Virus record (IMG/VR): IMGVR_UViG_2534681626_000023
Length of the DNA: 15,519 nucleotides
Source of the DNA: a virus
Taxonomy: Duplodnaviria > Heunggongvirae > Uroviricota > Caudoviricetes
Strand: one strand, 5' to 3'
The notes under the pieces are model-generated. The model saw only the letters and a list, made by a program, of their open reading frames with translations, ran no database searches and was not told the origin of the DNA. The position numbers and the translations under genes are program-made. Positions within the stretch are counted from its first letter, which is position 1. Every line of letters begins with the position of its first letter. Positions 6,831 through 15,519 of this stretch are shown here, piece after piece.

Positions 6831-7372
6831 TAGTTATCTCCGTCATGGTAAACAAATTTATAAATCTGATGCGCGGGTTTATATTTCTCCAGTAAACATT
6901 CCAGCGCACCCGATTCATAAACACGTAACGGCGTCAGAACATTATCCAGCACCGTTGCGTTGCGATAATTTTTAATACCGTAAATATTGACCTGCGTAAC
7001 CCACTGGCCTTCTGTGGAATCCGTCAGCCTGACGGTAAAACCGTACTGCGCAGCCAGCCATTCATAAAAGCGCCGACTCAGATTGCCGGTCATACGCATT
7101 TTATTCGCGGCAGCCCGCCGGCGTTCTGACAGGGTGCCGTTTTCGCTTGTACAGTCCGGCAACCCCAGAAATGATTCCCACTCACCCAGATACCAGCGGG
7201 ATGTGGACGGGAAACGCTCCCGCAGCATTTGCCGCGCATCATCCGCCGCAGTGGCAATCACGTCGCTGATGGCCTGCGCCAGCGCAGATAATTTGCTGTC
7301 GGGGCTTTTATTCCAGGCAAGCCCTGACGGCAGTAATTGCAGAAAGGCCGTCTGCCAGGGTGTTACAGCCAT
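6830..7372 (-). CDS. R: Baseplate wedge protein (Mu gp48 / P2 gpI-like), 180 aa.
   Basis: Position between the J-like baseplate gene and the tail fiber gene, size, and translation (MAVTPWQTAFLQLLPSGLAWNK...) consistent with the gp48 / DUF2313-type family. Stop overlaps the S start. Confidence 0.8.
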   Translation of the reverse strand: MAVTPWQTAFLQLLPSGLAWNKSPDSKLSALAQAISDVIATAADDARQMLRERFPSTSRWYLGEWESFLGLPDCTSENGTLSERRRAAANKMRMTGNLSRRFYEWLAAQYGFTVRLTDSTEGQWVTQVNIYGIKNYRNATVLDNVLTPLRVYESGALECLLEKYKPAHQIYKFVYHDGDN

Positions 7373-8445
7373 TCAATTGTCCCCGGTGTTAACAGTTCCG
7401 TATTCTCCGAACGCTGGATGTCTGTCGGGAAACGCACTTCAAAATCATCCAGACCGGTAACACCTGCCACCGCACGGATAATACGGGAGGGGGCAAGTGC
7501 ACCGCCCGGCGTCACCTCATTAAAAAACATGGTATTAATGGCGTGAGTAATAGCCTGTTTCAGTTCGGCTGTCTTCGGCGATATATAAATCCGTGGATTT
7601 ACCGGCTTTGCCTTTGGTGCAAATACCGTGACATTTACACCATCAGGCTGTCCGACAATCAGGCCGGTTATCGGGTCAGTATGACCGGCGATATAATCCG
7701 CCACGCGTTCCACATCTGCCGGTTGTGGAAAAATATTGCTCCGGTTATCCATAACAAACGTCACCCCGACTGTGCCACCGCCTTTCCATGTCGGAAAAGA
7801 CCAGGCACGGGTAACGCCGCTGACTTCACGTGCCCAGCGAACATAATCAAACTGATTACCGCCGAACGGAGGATACTGGACACGATATTCCAGCCGTGAC
7901 AGCAGCTCCGCTGCACTCTCAATATCAGCTCCACCGGAAAACCCTTTTACAGTGATGGCATCGGAAACAACACTGGCAACCGGGGTGATCAACGTTAAAA
8001 GGGTATTCTCACCGGTATTTCCTGCCTCACCGGCAGCCAGTGCGGTAACGGTAATTTCCGTCGTTCCTGCACGGTCAATCACAATGGCATCAGCCAGGCT
8101 GTAAACCACACCATCAGCACGCTGCCAGCGTGTACCGGCAGGAATGGTGGTCGCTGCCGATGTGGTGACAGTCAGCGGGCCGCTGGCGGCTGTCGCCTGT
8201 TTGCGGCGCACGCCCCAGAACCGGCAGTGCTCCAGCAACTCATCTTCATCTGCTGTCGACGGGATAATCTGCCGTCCAACCCATGAAATATGCTCGTGAA
8301 AACCGGCAGCAAGGCCCGCCTGAGCATAAGCAATGGCACTCAGCGTTTTTTCACGGGCCTGAGGCCAGCTACCCGGCAGGCGCTGTTCAATATTCTGTTC
8401 TGTACGGGCAATCAGCGATGATAATGTCGGTGGTGAATAAGCCAT
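7363..8445 (-). CDS. W: Baseplate J-like protein (Mu gp47), 360 aa.
   Basis: Size and position in the baseplate module. Overlaps the downstream gene by 10 nt. Family assignment from recalled Mu/P2 baseplate organisation. Confidence 0.8.
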   Translation of the reverse strand: MAYSPPTLSSLIARTEQNIEQRLPGSWPQAREKTLSAIAYAQAGLAAGFHEHISWVGRQIIPSTADEDELLEHCRFWGVRRKQATAASGPLTVTTSAATTIPAGTRWQRADGVVYSLADAIVIDRAGTTEITVTALAAGEAGNTGENTLLTLITPVASVVSDAITVKGFSGGADIESAAELLSRLEYRVQYPPFGGNQFDYVRWAREVSGVTRAWSFPTWKGGGTVGVTFVMDNRSNIFPQPADVERVADYIAGHTDPITGLIVGQPDGVNVTVFAPKAKPVNPRIYISPKTAELKQAITHAINTMFFNEVTPGGALAPSRIIRAVAGVTGLDDFEVRFPTDIQRSENTELLTPGTIEWL

Positions 8446-8883
8446 TTAAACCCCGTTAAATGCTGCTTTAAACTCATAAGGAATAACGGAACCATCCGGT
8501 AATGTCAGTGCAATGTAGAGGTATAACCAGCCCTGATGTAACTGTTCCGCTCTGACGTTAATCGCACTCACCCGGCCCGCTGTTTTCAGCCATTCCAGCG
8601 CCTCTTCGGCATACCCTCTGGCGCGTTCCAGCGTATCCGGTGTGGCTTTTTCACGTGATAACAGCCACAACCGCGAACCGATGGGGCGGTCGCGGTAACT
8701 GTCACCCCACCATCCACGGCGATCATCTGAACCATCCGGCAGCGTGTCAGAATCCAGCGCGCGCCGGTCGGTAAACAGGGAGATTGTCACATCGGTCGTC
8801 AGACTGTCGTCGGTCAGCATATCAATGCCATCCTGTGCAATATCGCCGCGTCCGTTCGTCCAGATAATGGCTAAATCGGTCAT
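8446..8883 (-). CDS. V: Baseplate protein (Mu gp46; T4 gp25 / P2 gpW-like), 145 aa.
   Basis: Small acidic protein directly between the spike and J-like genes. Its stop abuts the next start. Confidence 0.75.
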   Translation of the reverse strand: MTDLAIIWTNGRGDIAQDGIDMLTDDSLTTDVTISLFTDRRALDSDTLPDGSDDRRGWWGDSYRDRPIGSRLWLLSREKATPDTLERARGYAEEALEWLKTAGRVSAINVRAEQLHQGWLYLYIALTLPDGSVIPYEFKAAFNGV

Positions 8884-9473
8884 TGCATCGGCCCCGTGGT
8901 TCCGCCGCTGTCGCCACGGTGGATATGCTTATCCGTCGATTTGCCATTGATGATGGCATCCGGGGCAGTAATATTGCTGTCGAACTGGCTTTTACCTTTA
9001 ACGCCCAGACCTTTCTGGATCTCAACGTCGCCGGTAAACGTGGTTCTGGGTGTATCAACGGTCATGCTTTCATCAGCGTAAATCTCAACCGTTTTACAGG
9101 TAATGATGCAGCGCCCGTCCTTTGTCAGCCTGATACGATGCCCCTCGTGGTGGTAAATGCCAGCATCACCCGGTTCAAGATTTGTCGGGCGGTAGCGGCG
9201 GTCTTCCACCACAACGGCAATCCCCTGATCACGTTGTGCACCCACACAGGCAATCAGCGCCTCTGCGCCCGGCAGAGGAACGCTGAAATGCCCGTAATTT
9301 TGCAGGCGCTCTACTTCATCGGATTCCTCATCATCCAGCAGACCGACCTGCAGGTTCTGAACCTTTCGCCCGTCGTTAATCACGTTAACAACAGCGCGCG
9401 CAAGCATCAGGCGTACACGACGCATCAGCGGTGTCAGCAGGCGGTTCATGGCGGAATCATTTACTCTTTCCAC
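8880..9473 (-). CDS. Q: Baseplate central spike / puncturing device (Mu gp45; P2 gpV-like), 197 aa.
   Basis: 197-aa ORF with beta-rich C-terminal region (…TFTGDVEIQKGLGVKGKSQFDSNITAPDAIINGKSTDKHIH) typical of gpV-type spikes. ATGA overlap with the downstream gene. Confidence 0.8.
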   Translation of the reverse strand: MERVNDSAMNRLLTPLMRRVRLMLARAVVNVINDGRKVQNLQVGLLDDEESDEVERLQNYGHFSVPLPGAEALIACVGAQRDQGIAVVVEDRRYRPTNLEPGDAGIYHHEGHRIRLTKDGRCIITCKTVEIYADESMTVDTPRTTFTGDVEIQKGLGVKGKSQFDSNITAPDAIINGKSTDKHIHRGDSGGTTGPMQ

Positions 9474-10594
9474 GGCGGCGTTTTCTCCGGGTGTCTGCGA
9501 TAATAATCTTCAACCAGCGCATCAACGCCATCATTACCATCCCCTCTGGATTTGCGGTCACTTTCAACCGGCACCAGAAAGCCTTCGCGTGGCGCAAGGC
9601 TGACACGGGTTTTCAGCCCGTCCTGGTCATTCAGTATCAGGTTAACTTTGCTGACCAGTAATTCCGTGGTTTTGATGGCATATTTCGAGGCATCAATAGT
9701 GACCAGCAGGTTCGGCATCCAGAGTTGCCCGTCCCTGCGAGTCCATCCGTCAATTTCAGCCTCAAAGGTGATGGATTTTGCCAGTCTGCGGCGTTGCTCA
9801 CGCAGGGCGCGGGCCTGTGCATCCTTCGCCGTAATTTTGCTGTCGGCAATGATGATCATCGGTCTGTAACGGGTTACATCACTGTCAGTGGCGGTCCCTT
9901 TCCGGGAGACGATACTTTTCGCATCAATATCATCACCCTCAGCGCCGTTTGCGCGGGCATAACCCTTGACAATGTATTCGCTGAACCGGTCACGGAAATC
10001 TTCGTCAAAATCCACCGTCAGCAGATTTTTCCCGAGGATCAGCTCATCAGTGACCGTACTGGCAGCCCGGCTGAATACCAGCTCTCCGGCGGCATTGCTG
10101 GTCATCAGTACACCACGTGCGCGGGAGGCCCGCACCAGCGCTTCATAAACCGTTTCTGAATGGTCAAGCGTAAAAGACGGAAACGACGCTGCGCTTTCCT
10201 TGTCTGACAGTTCCCAGCGAACGGTGACGCCATAAGGGGCGCACAGGTCACGTGCAATCTGTTCCAGTGTGCGTTTTTTCCACTGTCCGCCACGGTAAAC
10301 GGCAGCACAGTCAATCAGGTCAGCCGTTTTGTCGCGTCCGGCGACAGTGATTTTCATACTGTCAGCGGTCATCTGGCGTCGCCGTGAATCGATATAACCG
10401 GTGCAGACAATCTGCCCGTCGATTTCGAGCGTGAACTTCTTCCCCGGAGCCAGCCCGGATAAATCCGTGCCCGGTGGCACGTTCACCCCCAGCTCAAAAT
10501 ATCCGGCTACGGATTCAATCGAGCGGGTGACAGAGACTGACGTCCAGCCGGTAAAAAGCCTGCCATCCGTTCGCAGCGTGACGGTATTACTCAT
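9461..10594 (-). CDS. P: Baseplate hub protein (Mu gp44; P2 gpD-like), 377 aa.
   Basis: Size and position immediately downstream of N. 8-nt overlap with the N stop. Confidence 0.8.
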   Translation of the reverse strand: MSNTVTLRTDGRLFTGWTSVSVTRSIESVAGYFELGVNVPPGTDLSGLAPGKKFTLEIDGQIVCTGYIDSRRRQMTADSMKITVAGRDKTADLIDCAAVYRGGQWKKRTLEQIARDLCAPYGVTVRWELSDKESAASFPSFTLDHSETVYEALVRASRARGVLMTSNAAGELVFSRAASTVTDELILGKNLLTVDFDEDFRDRFSEYIVKGYARANGAEGDDIDAKSIVSRKGTATDSDVTRYRPMIIIADSKITAKDAQARALREQRRRLAKSITFEAEIDGWTRRDGQLWMPNLLVTIDASKYAIKTTELLVSKVNLILNDQDGLKTRVSLAPREGFLVPVESDRKSRGDGNDGVDALVEDYYRRHPEKTPPWKE

Positions 10595-12074
10595 TAATCA
10601 CCTCAATACTGACGCCACCGGGAACAAACAACGGGTTGCTGATACCGTTCCTGCGGGCCAGCCGTTGCCAGTTCCGGCTGTTTCCTGTGTAACGGTACAG
10701 GGCCACCATTGCAGGCATCGTCTCCGGCAGGCGGTGCGTTTCACTGCCCGCCAGTTGCAGCCCGCGTTTTTCCAGGTCGGCAACAACCAGCAGACGCAGT
10801 TGTGTAAGCTGAACGCTGTCTGTCGAAAATCCCTGCTCAGATGCCGTCAGAATGACGGTATCCAGTGCAGCCCCCAGCATGGCGGCTGTTTTTCCGATAT
10901 CGGACACACTTTCAAATACCGGGGGCGTGGCTGTACCACTGTCTGAAAAGGATACCTGTGAAAAGCCGCCGTCCGGGGTTATGGCAGTTAACTGTAACTG
11001 TCCCTGTGTGACGGTAGCAGATGTGCTGCTGGCCCCGCTGGCTGTGCCGGTTGTGGTGGACGGGGCATCCAGTACAGGTGCACGGGCGGCATTATCCCTC
11101 CGGCGACTGAAATCCAGTGCCGCAGTCAGTGCCTGGCTGGCAGCTTCTGCCCGGAATGTCTGCGCCGCTGCCAGCATGACGTAGTTCAGTGTGGCAATAT
11201 TTTTTTTTGCAACCGGACTGTTGTACGAGGTTGTGATTGCCCCCTGTCTGCCTGCGGTGTCGGCATGGCGACGTTCGAACCGCTGCGCCAGACGGTTCCA
11301 GGTGGAAAATGCTGTCCGGGTATCGCATAACGATGAAACGCCGGACAGCGCCCCCATCAGCGAGGAGGCCAGCATGGCAGGCTGGTTAATCAGGCTGGTC
11401 ACAGAGCCTTTCATCGCAGAAAGCGATCCCATCAGACCGCTGACAGTCTGCGTAACCCCCAGATTGTCCACCGCATCACTGATATCATCGATAACACCGG
11501 TTACAGCTTCTATCACGGCGGTTGCCGCCGCAGTGCCATCTTTTACGGTCTGCCAGACAGAGGACAGCGTATCTCCCAGAGAACCGGTTACAGCAACGGC
11601 CTGTGCCGGTACGACTGCACTGGTGTCTGTCTCTGCGTCCGGGGCAGTATCCTGCAACGACGGATAAACGGTAACGGTGAACGCGTAATAATTCAGTTCA
11701 TCCGCTTTAGTGCGGCATTCCCATGAATCCACCATGACGTCCACAGTGCCGAAATCAGGATGTACCAGCTCACCGTTACCCGGAGCATCAAGAGCATCCA
11801 TCAGCGCACCCGCTTCATCTCTGGCTGTTTCTGCGTTGCTGTTCAGAATGCAGGCGCTGAATGTACGGGAGCGAAGCTTTTTCCCCAGGTCATTGACGCC
11901 TCCGGTATCACGTAACGGGTACTCGCGTTTAACCAGGCGACGTCCGCCAGCCTGTTTTTGCTCCTCGATGACGAGAAACGGCACGTTACGGAACGTGCCT
12001 TTGCCGGTTGTTTTCCTGCCTCCACCGGTTTTATCCCGGACAGCATTAACGGCATTTAAAGCATCTTCAAACAT
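10587..12074 (-). CDS. N: Tail protein N (Mu gp43, historically called DNA circularization protein), 495 aa.
   Basis: Large ORF directly after the tape measure gene, with Ser/Thr/Ala-rich central region. Size matches Mu N (about 490 aa). Confidence 0.8.
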   Translation of the reverse strand: MFEDALNAVNAVRDKTGGGRKTTGKGTFRNVPFLVIEEQKQAGGRRLVKREYPLRDTGGVNDLGKKLRSRTFSACILNSNAETARDEAGALMDALDAPGNGELVHPDFGTVDVMVDSWECRTKADELNYYAFTVTVYPSLQDTAPDAETDTSAVVPAQAVAVTGSLGDTLSSVWQTVKDGTAAATAVIEAVTGVIDDISDAVDNLGVTQTVSGLMGSLSAMKGSVTSLINQPAMLASSLMGALSGVSSLCDTRTAFSTWNRLAQRFERRHADTAGRQGAITTSYNSPVAKKNIATLNYVMLAAAQTFRAEAASQALTAALDFSRRRDNAARAPVLDAPSTTTGTASGASSTSATVTQGQLQLTAITPDGGFSQVSFSDSGTATPPVFESVSDIGKTAAMLGAALDTVILTASEQGFSTDSVQLTQLRLLVVADLEKRGLQLAGSETHRLPETMPAMVALYRYTGNSRNWQRLARRNGISNPLFVPGGVSIEVINE

Positions 12075-12078
12075 GGTT

Positions 12079-14154
12079 TTACCAGCCTGTAATGTAGTTA
12101 TCGCCCGCGTAAATATTCAGCCCCATACCATCCTCGGTGACGCGGGAACTGGTCAGACGTAACCCCTCGCCAAGTTCGACGCGCAGCGAGGCTTCCGCAT
12201 TGACTTTTTGTTCCTGCGGTTCCTTATCCGTGACCGTCCATTTCTGATACAGGTCGGTTACAAAACCGCCCAGATACTCCCCGGCGACACTGCCCAGCGT
12301 GGCACCGGCAACCGTACCCAGCGGTCCGGCAAGGCTGCCAACGGCACCGCCGAGCCATGCACCGGCTGTACTGCCAATTGCGCCTGCTTTTTCATGGGTT
12401 GACGCCTGCTCATCCATCAGGACGGGGGCAAGCTGGAGTGCCCCCATTACCGGGCCACCCAGACGTGACAACGCACGACCGGCACCTTTCCCCATCCAGC
12501 CCAGCGCCCCGGCACCTTTTGTCACAACCCGACCGATCGCACTGCCTGCAAGTTTGTTTCCGATACCGGAAAACCACCCGCCAGCGGCACGCCCGGCATC
12601 AGCCAGCTTTCCGACCGCTCCCGTAACCAGTTGCCCGGCAGCACTGCCTGCAAGCCTGCTCAGAAGACCGGATTTACCGGGTAAAGGTAATGGTGCAGGC
12701 CGTGCCGTTACCGGTACGCCGGGTGGGGGTAATGCCAGAACAGGGCGTGGTGCAGGTAATGCCAGCGGCTGTGGCCCGGACAGCAATAACGGCTGGCGGG
12801 GTAACAGGGGCGTCATGCCTTTGCCTTTCCGGGTGCGACCACCACGGCCACCGCTTCCGTAACCGCCGAACCCGTGAGGCCAGTTAGTGACAAACACACG
12901 CTGAATGCCGATACCCTGCAACAGCGTCTCAGACGTCATGGCATCCGGGACCGGCAGACCTGCCTGCCCACGTTTGCGGTTTCGCATCCAGCGCCACATA
13001 CGACGCCCGGTTTTAAACGGATAACTGGCAACCTGCCATGAGGGTTTTGCCACGGCCCAGCCTGCTCTCAGGGCTTTATTGGCAAGCCAGACAGACACCA
13101 GAACAGCAGCCAGTTTTTTCAGGCTGACAATATTCTGGTCAACCCATGCCAGCGCATCTTTACCCGGTTTCAGCCAGCGCCATAATTCCTGCGCCGCGAT
13201 TTTTACCTTTCTGAACGTGGTCAGGAATTTCTGACCAATGTTTTCTGCCAGTGCGTCCAGCTCCCCGGATTTATCCGCCGCATCGTGCCAGTTAAGCACC
13301 CGGCGCATCTCGTTCTTGATTTCTTCAAAGGGGCCGCTGTTTGCCACCTTCGTGCGAAACTCAAGCAGGTTGCCCTCCATCTGGGCCATCATCCCGTCCC
13401 AGGAGTTCATGGCAGCCGCCTGTGCGCCTTCTGACTGCTCCAGCAGGGTCCGGAATACCGTCAGAATGGCTTTCTTGCCCAGCTTGCCTTTTTCACCCAG
13501 CTTACGGATTTTTTTCTCATCCTTACCCGTTGCATCTGCCAGCACCTTGTAAACGTTGATACCGTAACCGGTCAGCAGGTTGGCGTCCGCCGCCGTGATT
13601 TGCTGGCGGGCAAACATCTGTTTGAACTGTAACGAAGCCCCCTGCGCGGTGGGTAAATCCCAGCCATGCATCGCGCCCTGATTCTGTAGCATGGTGATGA
13701 ACTGTTTTACCTGGGCGTCAGTCATGCCAAACGCCGTTGATGTGCGGATTTCCTGCAGAACGCCGCCCAGCCCCCAGGTGGTTTCTTTTGCGTTCTGCTT
13801 CGCCCACGCCATCATGGCCTGTGCTCTGGCCTTATCGCCGTGATACAGCGAGTTCATGGCGATAATCTGCTGCTCACGCTGGGCGGCGGCACCAATAAAC
13901 AGTTTATTGGCGGTGTAACCCACGCCAGCGATACCCAGCGCCCCGGCTGACAGCATTCGGAATGTACGGGTTGACAGTGAACCCATTCTGTCAATGGCAC
14001 CAGAAACGCGCACAACCTCCATACGCAGGGCACGAAGGGAACTTTGTCCGCTACGGGACAGGGCGTTTATCTGGTTCGAATACTCGCGGGAACGCCGGGA
14101 AAGATTGCCATTAAGATCAATAATGACAGACGCCTTTAAGCGTTTCCCGGTCAT
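12079..14154 (-). CDS. Y: Tail tape measure protein (Mu gp42), about 691 aa from the ATG at 14154; the ORF track extends it to an upstream ATG at 14247 (722 aa).
   Basis: Longest tail ORF, with a Pro-rich segment and C-terminal Gly/Ala-rich GxxxG-type hydrophobic repeats typical of tape measure proteins. ATG 14154 has a good SD (AGGA, 7-nt spacing); ATG 14247 has a poor one. Start is uncertain. Confidence 0.8.
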   Translation of the reverse strand: MTGKRLKASVIIDLNGNLSRRSREYSNQINALSRSGQSSLRALRMEVVRVSGAIDRMGSLSTRTFRMLSAGALGIAGVGYTANKLFIGAAAQREQQIIAMNSLYHGDKARAQAMMAWAKQNAKETTWGLGGVLQEIRTSTAFGMTDAQVKQFITMLQNQGAMHGWDLPTAQGASLQFKQMFARQQITAADANLLTGYGINVYKVLADATGKDEKKIRKLGEKGKLGKKAILTVFRTLLEQSEGAQAAAMNSWDGMMAQMEGNLLEFRTKVANSGPFEEIKNEMRRVLNWHDAADKSGELDALAENIGQKFLTTFRKVKIAAQELWRWLKPGKDALAWVDQNIVSLKKLAAVLVSVWLANKALRAGWAVAKPSWQVASYPFKTGRRMWRWMRNRKRGQAGLPVPDAMTSETLLQGIGIQRVFVTNWPHGFGGYGSGGRGGRTRKGKGMTPLLPRQPLLLSGPQPLALPAPRPVLALPPPGVPVTARPAPLPLPGKSGLLSRLAGSAAGQLVTGAVGKLADAGRAAGGWFSGIGNKLAGSAIGRVVTKGAGALGWMGKGAGRALSRLGGPVMGALQLAPVLMDEQASTHEKAGAIGSTAGAWLGGAVGSLAGPLGTVAGATLGSVAGEYLGGFVTDLYQKWTVTDKEPQEQKVNAEASLRVELGEGLRLTSSRVTEDGMGLNIYAGDNYITGW

Positions 14155-14298
14155 AGAGATTTCCTGATTTAACGGTGATATTGAGAGAGGGTTTTCGCCT
14201 GCTGGCAGTGCCGGAAAAAGCGGGACAGCGGGAGAGACAAGGCCCATTCCGGGCCACTTTTCAGAATAACGCCAATCGCTGTCGCCGCTTTCTCAATA

Positions 14299-14733
14299 TC
14301 ATTCCGGCACCGCAGCCACTCGCCCCCGTTCTTGCGTCAGCGATGCCGCCACAGCCATGTCGTGCATCTCTGTGGCCAGCGACAGACGCTGGAAGTCATC
14401 GACGGACAGCTTGCGCATCAGCGCCAGCGATAACGGGCCTTTGATGCAGCCCACGCTGGCAATCTGTCGGCGCAGCATTTCCAGTCCCATCCGGGACGGG
14501 GAACTGACCAGCACCGGGCCTTCCTTGCTCATTACCAGCTTTTCAGCCGCCGCCTGGGCATCAATCAGATCGCCTGCGGTCAGTTCACGCAGTGTCACGT
14601 CATACTGCATTTCAGTCTCGTCACCGGTGCCGAACGCCAGGCCGTCTTTCAGTTTCAGGCCACCGGACTGAAGCTCAGCCACAATACTGTCACGCAGTTC
14701 CTGTGCTTCAGGACTTAAATTCATTTCGTCCAT
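14299..14733 (-). CDS. Tail assembly chaperone (Mu gp41-like), 144 aa.
   Basis: Acidic small protein between the tail tube and tape measure genes, the conserved chaperone position. RBS AAGGGG upstream of the ATG at 14733. Confidence 0.75.
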   Translation of the reverse strand: MDEMNLSPEAQELRDSIVAELQSGGLKLKDGLAFGTGDETEMQYDVTLRELTAGDLIDAQAAAEKLVMSKEGPVLVSSPSRMGLEMLRRQIASVGCIKGPLSLALMRKLSVDDFQRLSLATEMHDMAVAASLTQERGRVAAVPE

Positions 14734-14742
14734 TGTTTCCCC

Positions 14743-15099
14743 TTATGCAATGCGTTTGCTTTTTTTTGCCGTCAGTACCAGCGAAATTTCGCCGCCGTCG
14801 TTTTTCGGTTCATCCGCCTGCCAGGCATTCGCCAGCATCCAGGTTTCACCGGTATCAGCCTGGAATTCGACGGTGATGTTTTCCCAGTCGATAATTTCAT
14901 CCAGCCCGATGGGACCGCCCCCCGGAATTTTGCATTCCACTTTTGCGGCACGTGGTTTACCTTTCCAGCCATAAACCCGCGAGCCGGTCACTTCTTCACG
15001 GGTGGTGCCGGAAGGCGTGAAGGAGGCACCTTCCATTGATTCAAGCTCCATGCCATTGACACGGATGAACGCCACCCCCTGACGCTGATTTCCAGCCAT
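14743..15099 (-). CDS. M: Tail tube protein (Mu gp40), 118 aa.
   Basis: 118-aa ORF directly downstream of the sheath gene, with a strong RBS (AAGGAG). Size matches the Mu tube protein. Confidence 0.85.
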   Translation of the reverse strand: MAGNQRQGVAFIRVNGMELESMEGASFTPSGTTREEVTGSRVYGWKGKPRAAKVECKIPGGGPIGLDEIIDWENITVEFQADTGETWMLANAWQADEPKNDGGEISLVLTAKKSKRIA

Positions 15100-15108
15100 A
15101 AATGCTCC

Positions 15109-15519
15109 TTACAGAATGAACTGAACTTGTGCCGCGAAAATGCGGAACTGGTTAATCAGATTCGGGCCGCACAGCACATCAAGACGGTCTTTGTCGTCCT
15201 TGTTACGTGCCACATACAGCTCCTCTTTGAACGTGTCGAAATCCTCGACCAGTCCGGCGTTTTCCCATTCTTCAAACAGTGCCAGCAGCTCCGTTTTGAT
15301 CACGGATGGCGTCACCACGGCCTGACCGGTGGCAAAGCGGGTGCCATCACTTGCCAGCTTGTGGTTCGGGAATTTCTGCGTGATGCGGGTTCGCAGCGAA
15401 TAACGCAGATAACTCAGCGTGGCGATGGTATTCACGTTCAGATAAGACGGATCGCTGTCACCATACTTGTTCGTGCGGTACATCGTGATCATGCGTTCAA
15501 TCTGCATTTCACCACCATC
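15109..15519 (-). CDS. L: Tail sheath protein (Mu gp39), C-terminal part only; N-terminus lies beyond the window end.
   Basis: ORF open to the window edge with no upstream stop. Position immediately upstream of the tube gene. The track M at 15507 is internal. Confidence 0.8.
   Translation of the reverse strand, partial: DGGEMQIERMITMYRTNKYGDSDPSYLNVNTIATLSYLRYSLRTRITQKFPNHKLASDGTRFATGQAVVTPSVIKTELLALFEEWENAGLVEDFDTFKEELYVARNKDDKDRLDVLCGPNLINQFRIFAAQVQFIL

Larger units (their letters stand above)
1494..15519 (-). mobile_element. Bacteriophage Mu (or near-identical Mu-like) prophage, right arm, partial; continues beyond the window end. Phage map runs right to left in window coordinates.
   Basis: Gene order and protein content L-M-chaperone-Y-N-P-Q-V-W-R-S-[G segment]-gin-com-mom is the Mu late-region order. 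The terminal sequence reads 5'-TGAAGCGGCGCACGAAAAACGCGAAAGCGTTTCACGATAAATGCGAAAAC, the reverse complement of the Mu right end as I recall it (ending ...CGTGCGCCGCTTCA-3'). Confidence 0.9.

Noticed and set aside
5435-7899. Small ORFs 5435..5689 -, 5993..6190 -, 6374..6556 +, 7083..7460 +, 7337..7546 +, 7543..7899 +.
   Set aside because: Embedded in or antisense to the tail fiber and baseplate genes; no independent evidence of coding.
8744-12887. Many plus-strand ORFs of 60-206 aa (for example 8883..9503, 9725..10159, 10401..10946, 11191..11667, 11710..12162, 12299..12862).
   Set aside because: All lie antisense to long, contiguous minus-strand tail genes with coherent function and coupling. 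They are Pro/Arg/Ala-rich as expected of shadow frames in GC-rich sequence and lack RBS and operon context.
1-15519. CRISPR arrays, tRNA or rRNA genes, integrase-type attachment sites.
   Set aside because: No regularly spaced direct repeats, cloverleaf-like sequences or rRNA-like regions were seen. Mu integrates by transposition, so no tRNA-associated att site or tyrosine integrase is expected at this end.

Overview
This window is the right arm (about 14 kb) of a bacteriophage Mu or near-identical Mu-like prophage, lying in reverse orientation, plus about 1.5 kb of flanking host chromosome (1..1493). I do not see evidence of a previously undescribed system; the sequence looks like the well-characterised Mu right end, and the interesting points are its junction and regulatory details. 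From high to low coordinates, all on the minus strand except inside the invertible segment: tail sheath L (C-terminal part), tail tube M, tail assembly chaperone, tape measure Y, N, baseplate hub P, spike Q, baseplate V, W and R, tail fiber S, the ~3.1 kb invertible G segment (3187..6321) bounded by inverted gix sites and carrying two alternative tail-fiber tip plus assembly-chaperone cassettes, the Gin serine invertase, the com-mom operon with its three-GATC control region, and the Mu right terminus at 1494. The Mu end sits 14 bp upstream of the start codon of a host gene for a secreted protein of unknown function. Protein identities rest on reading the ORF translations against recalled family features and Mu gene order, not on any database search. 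No tRNA, rRNA or CRISPR array was seen.
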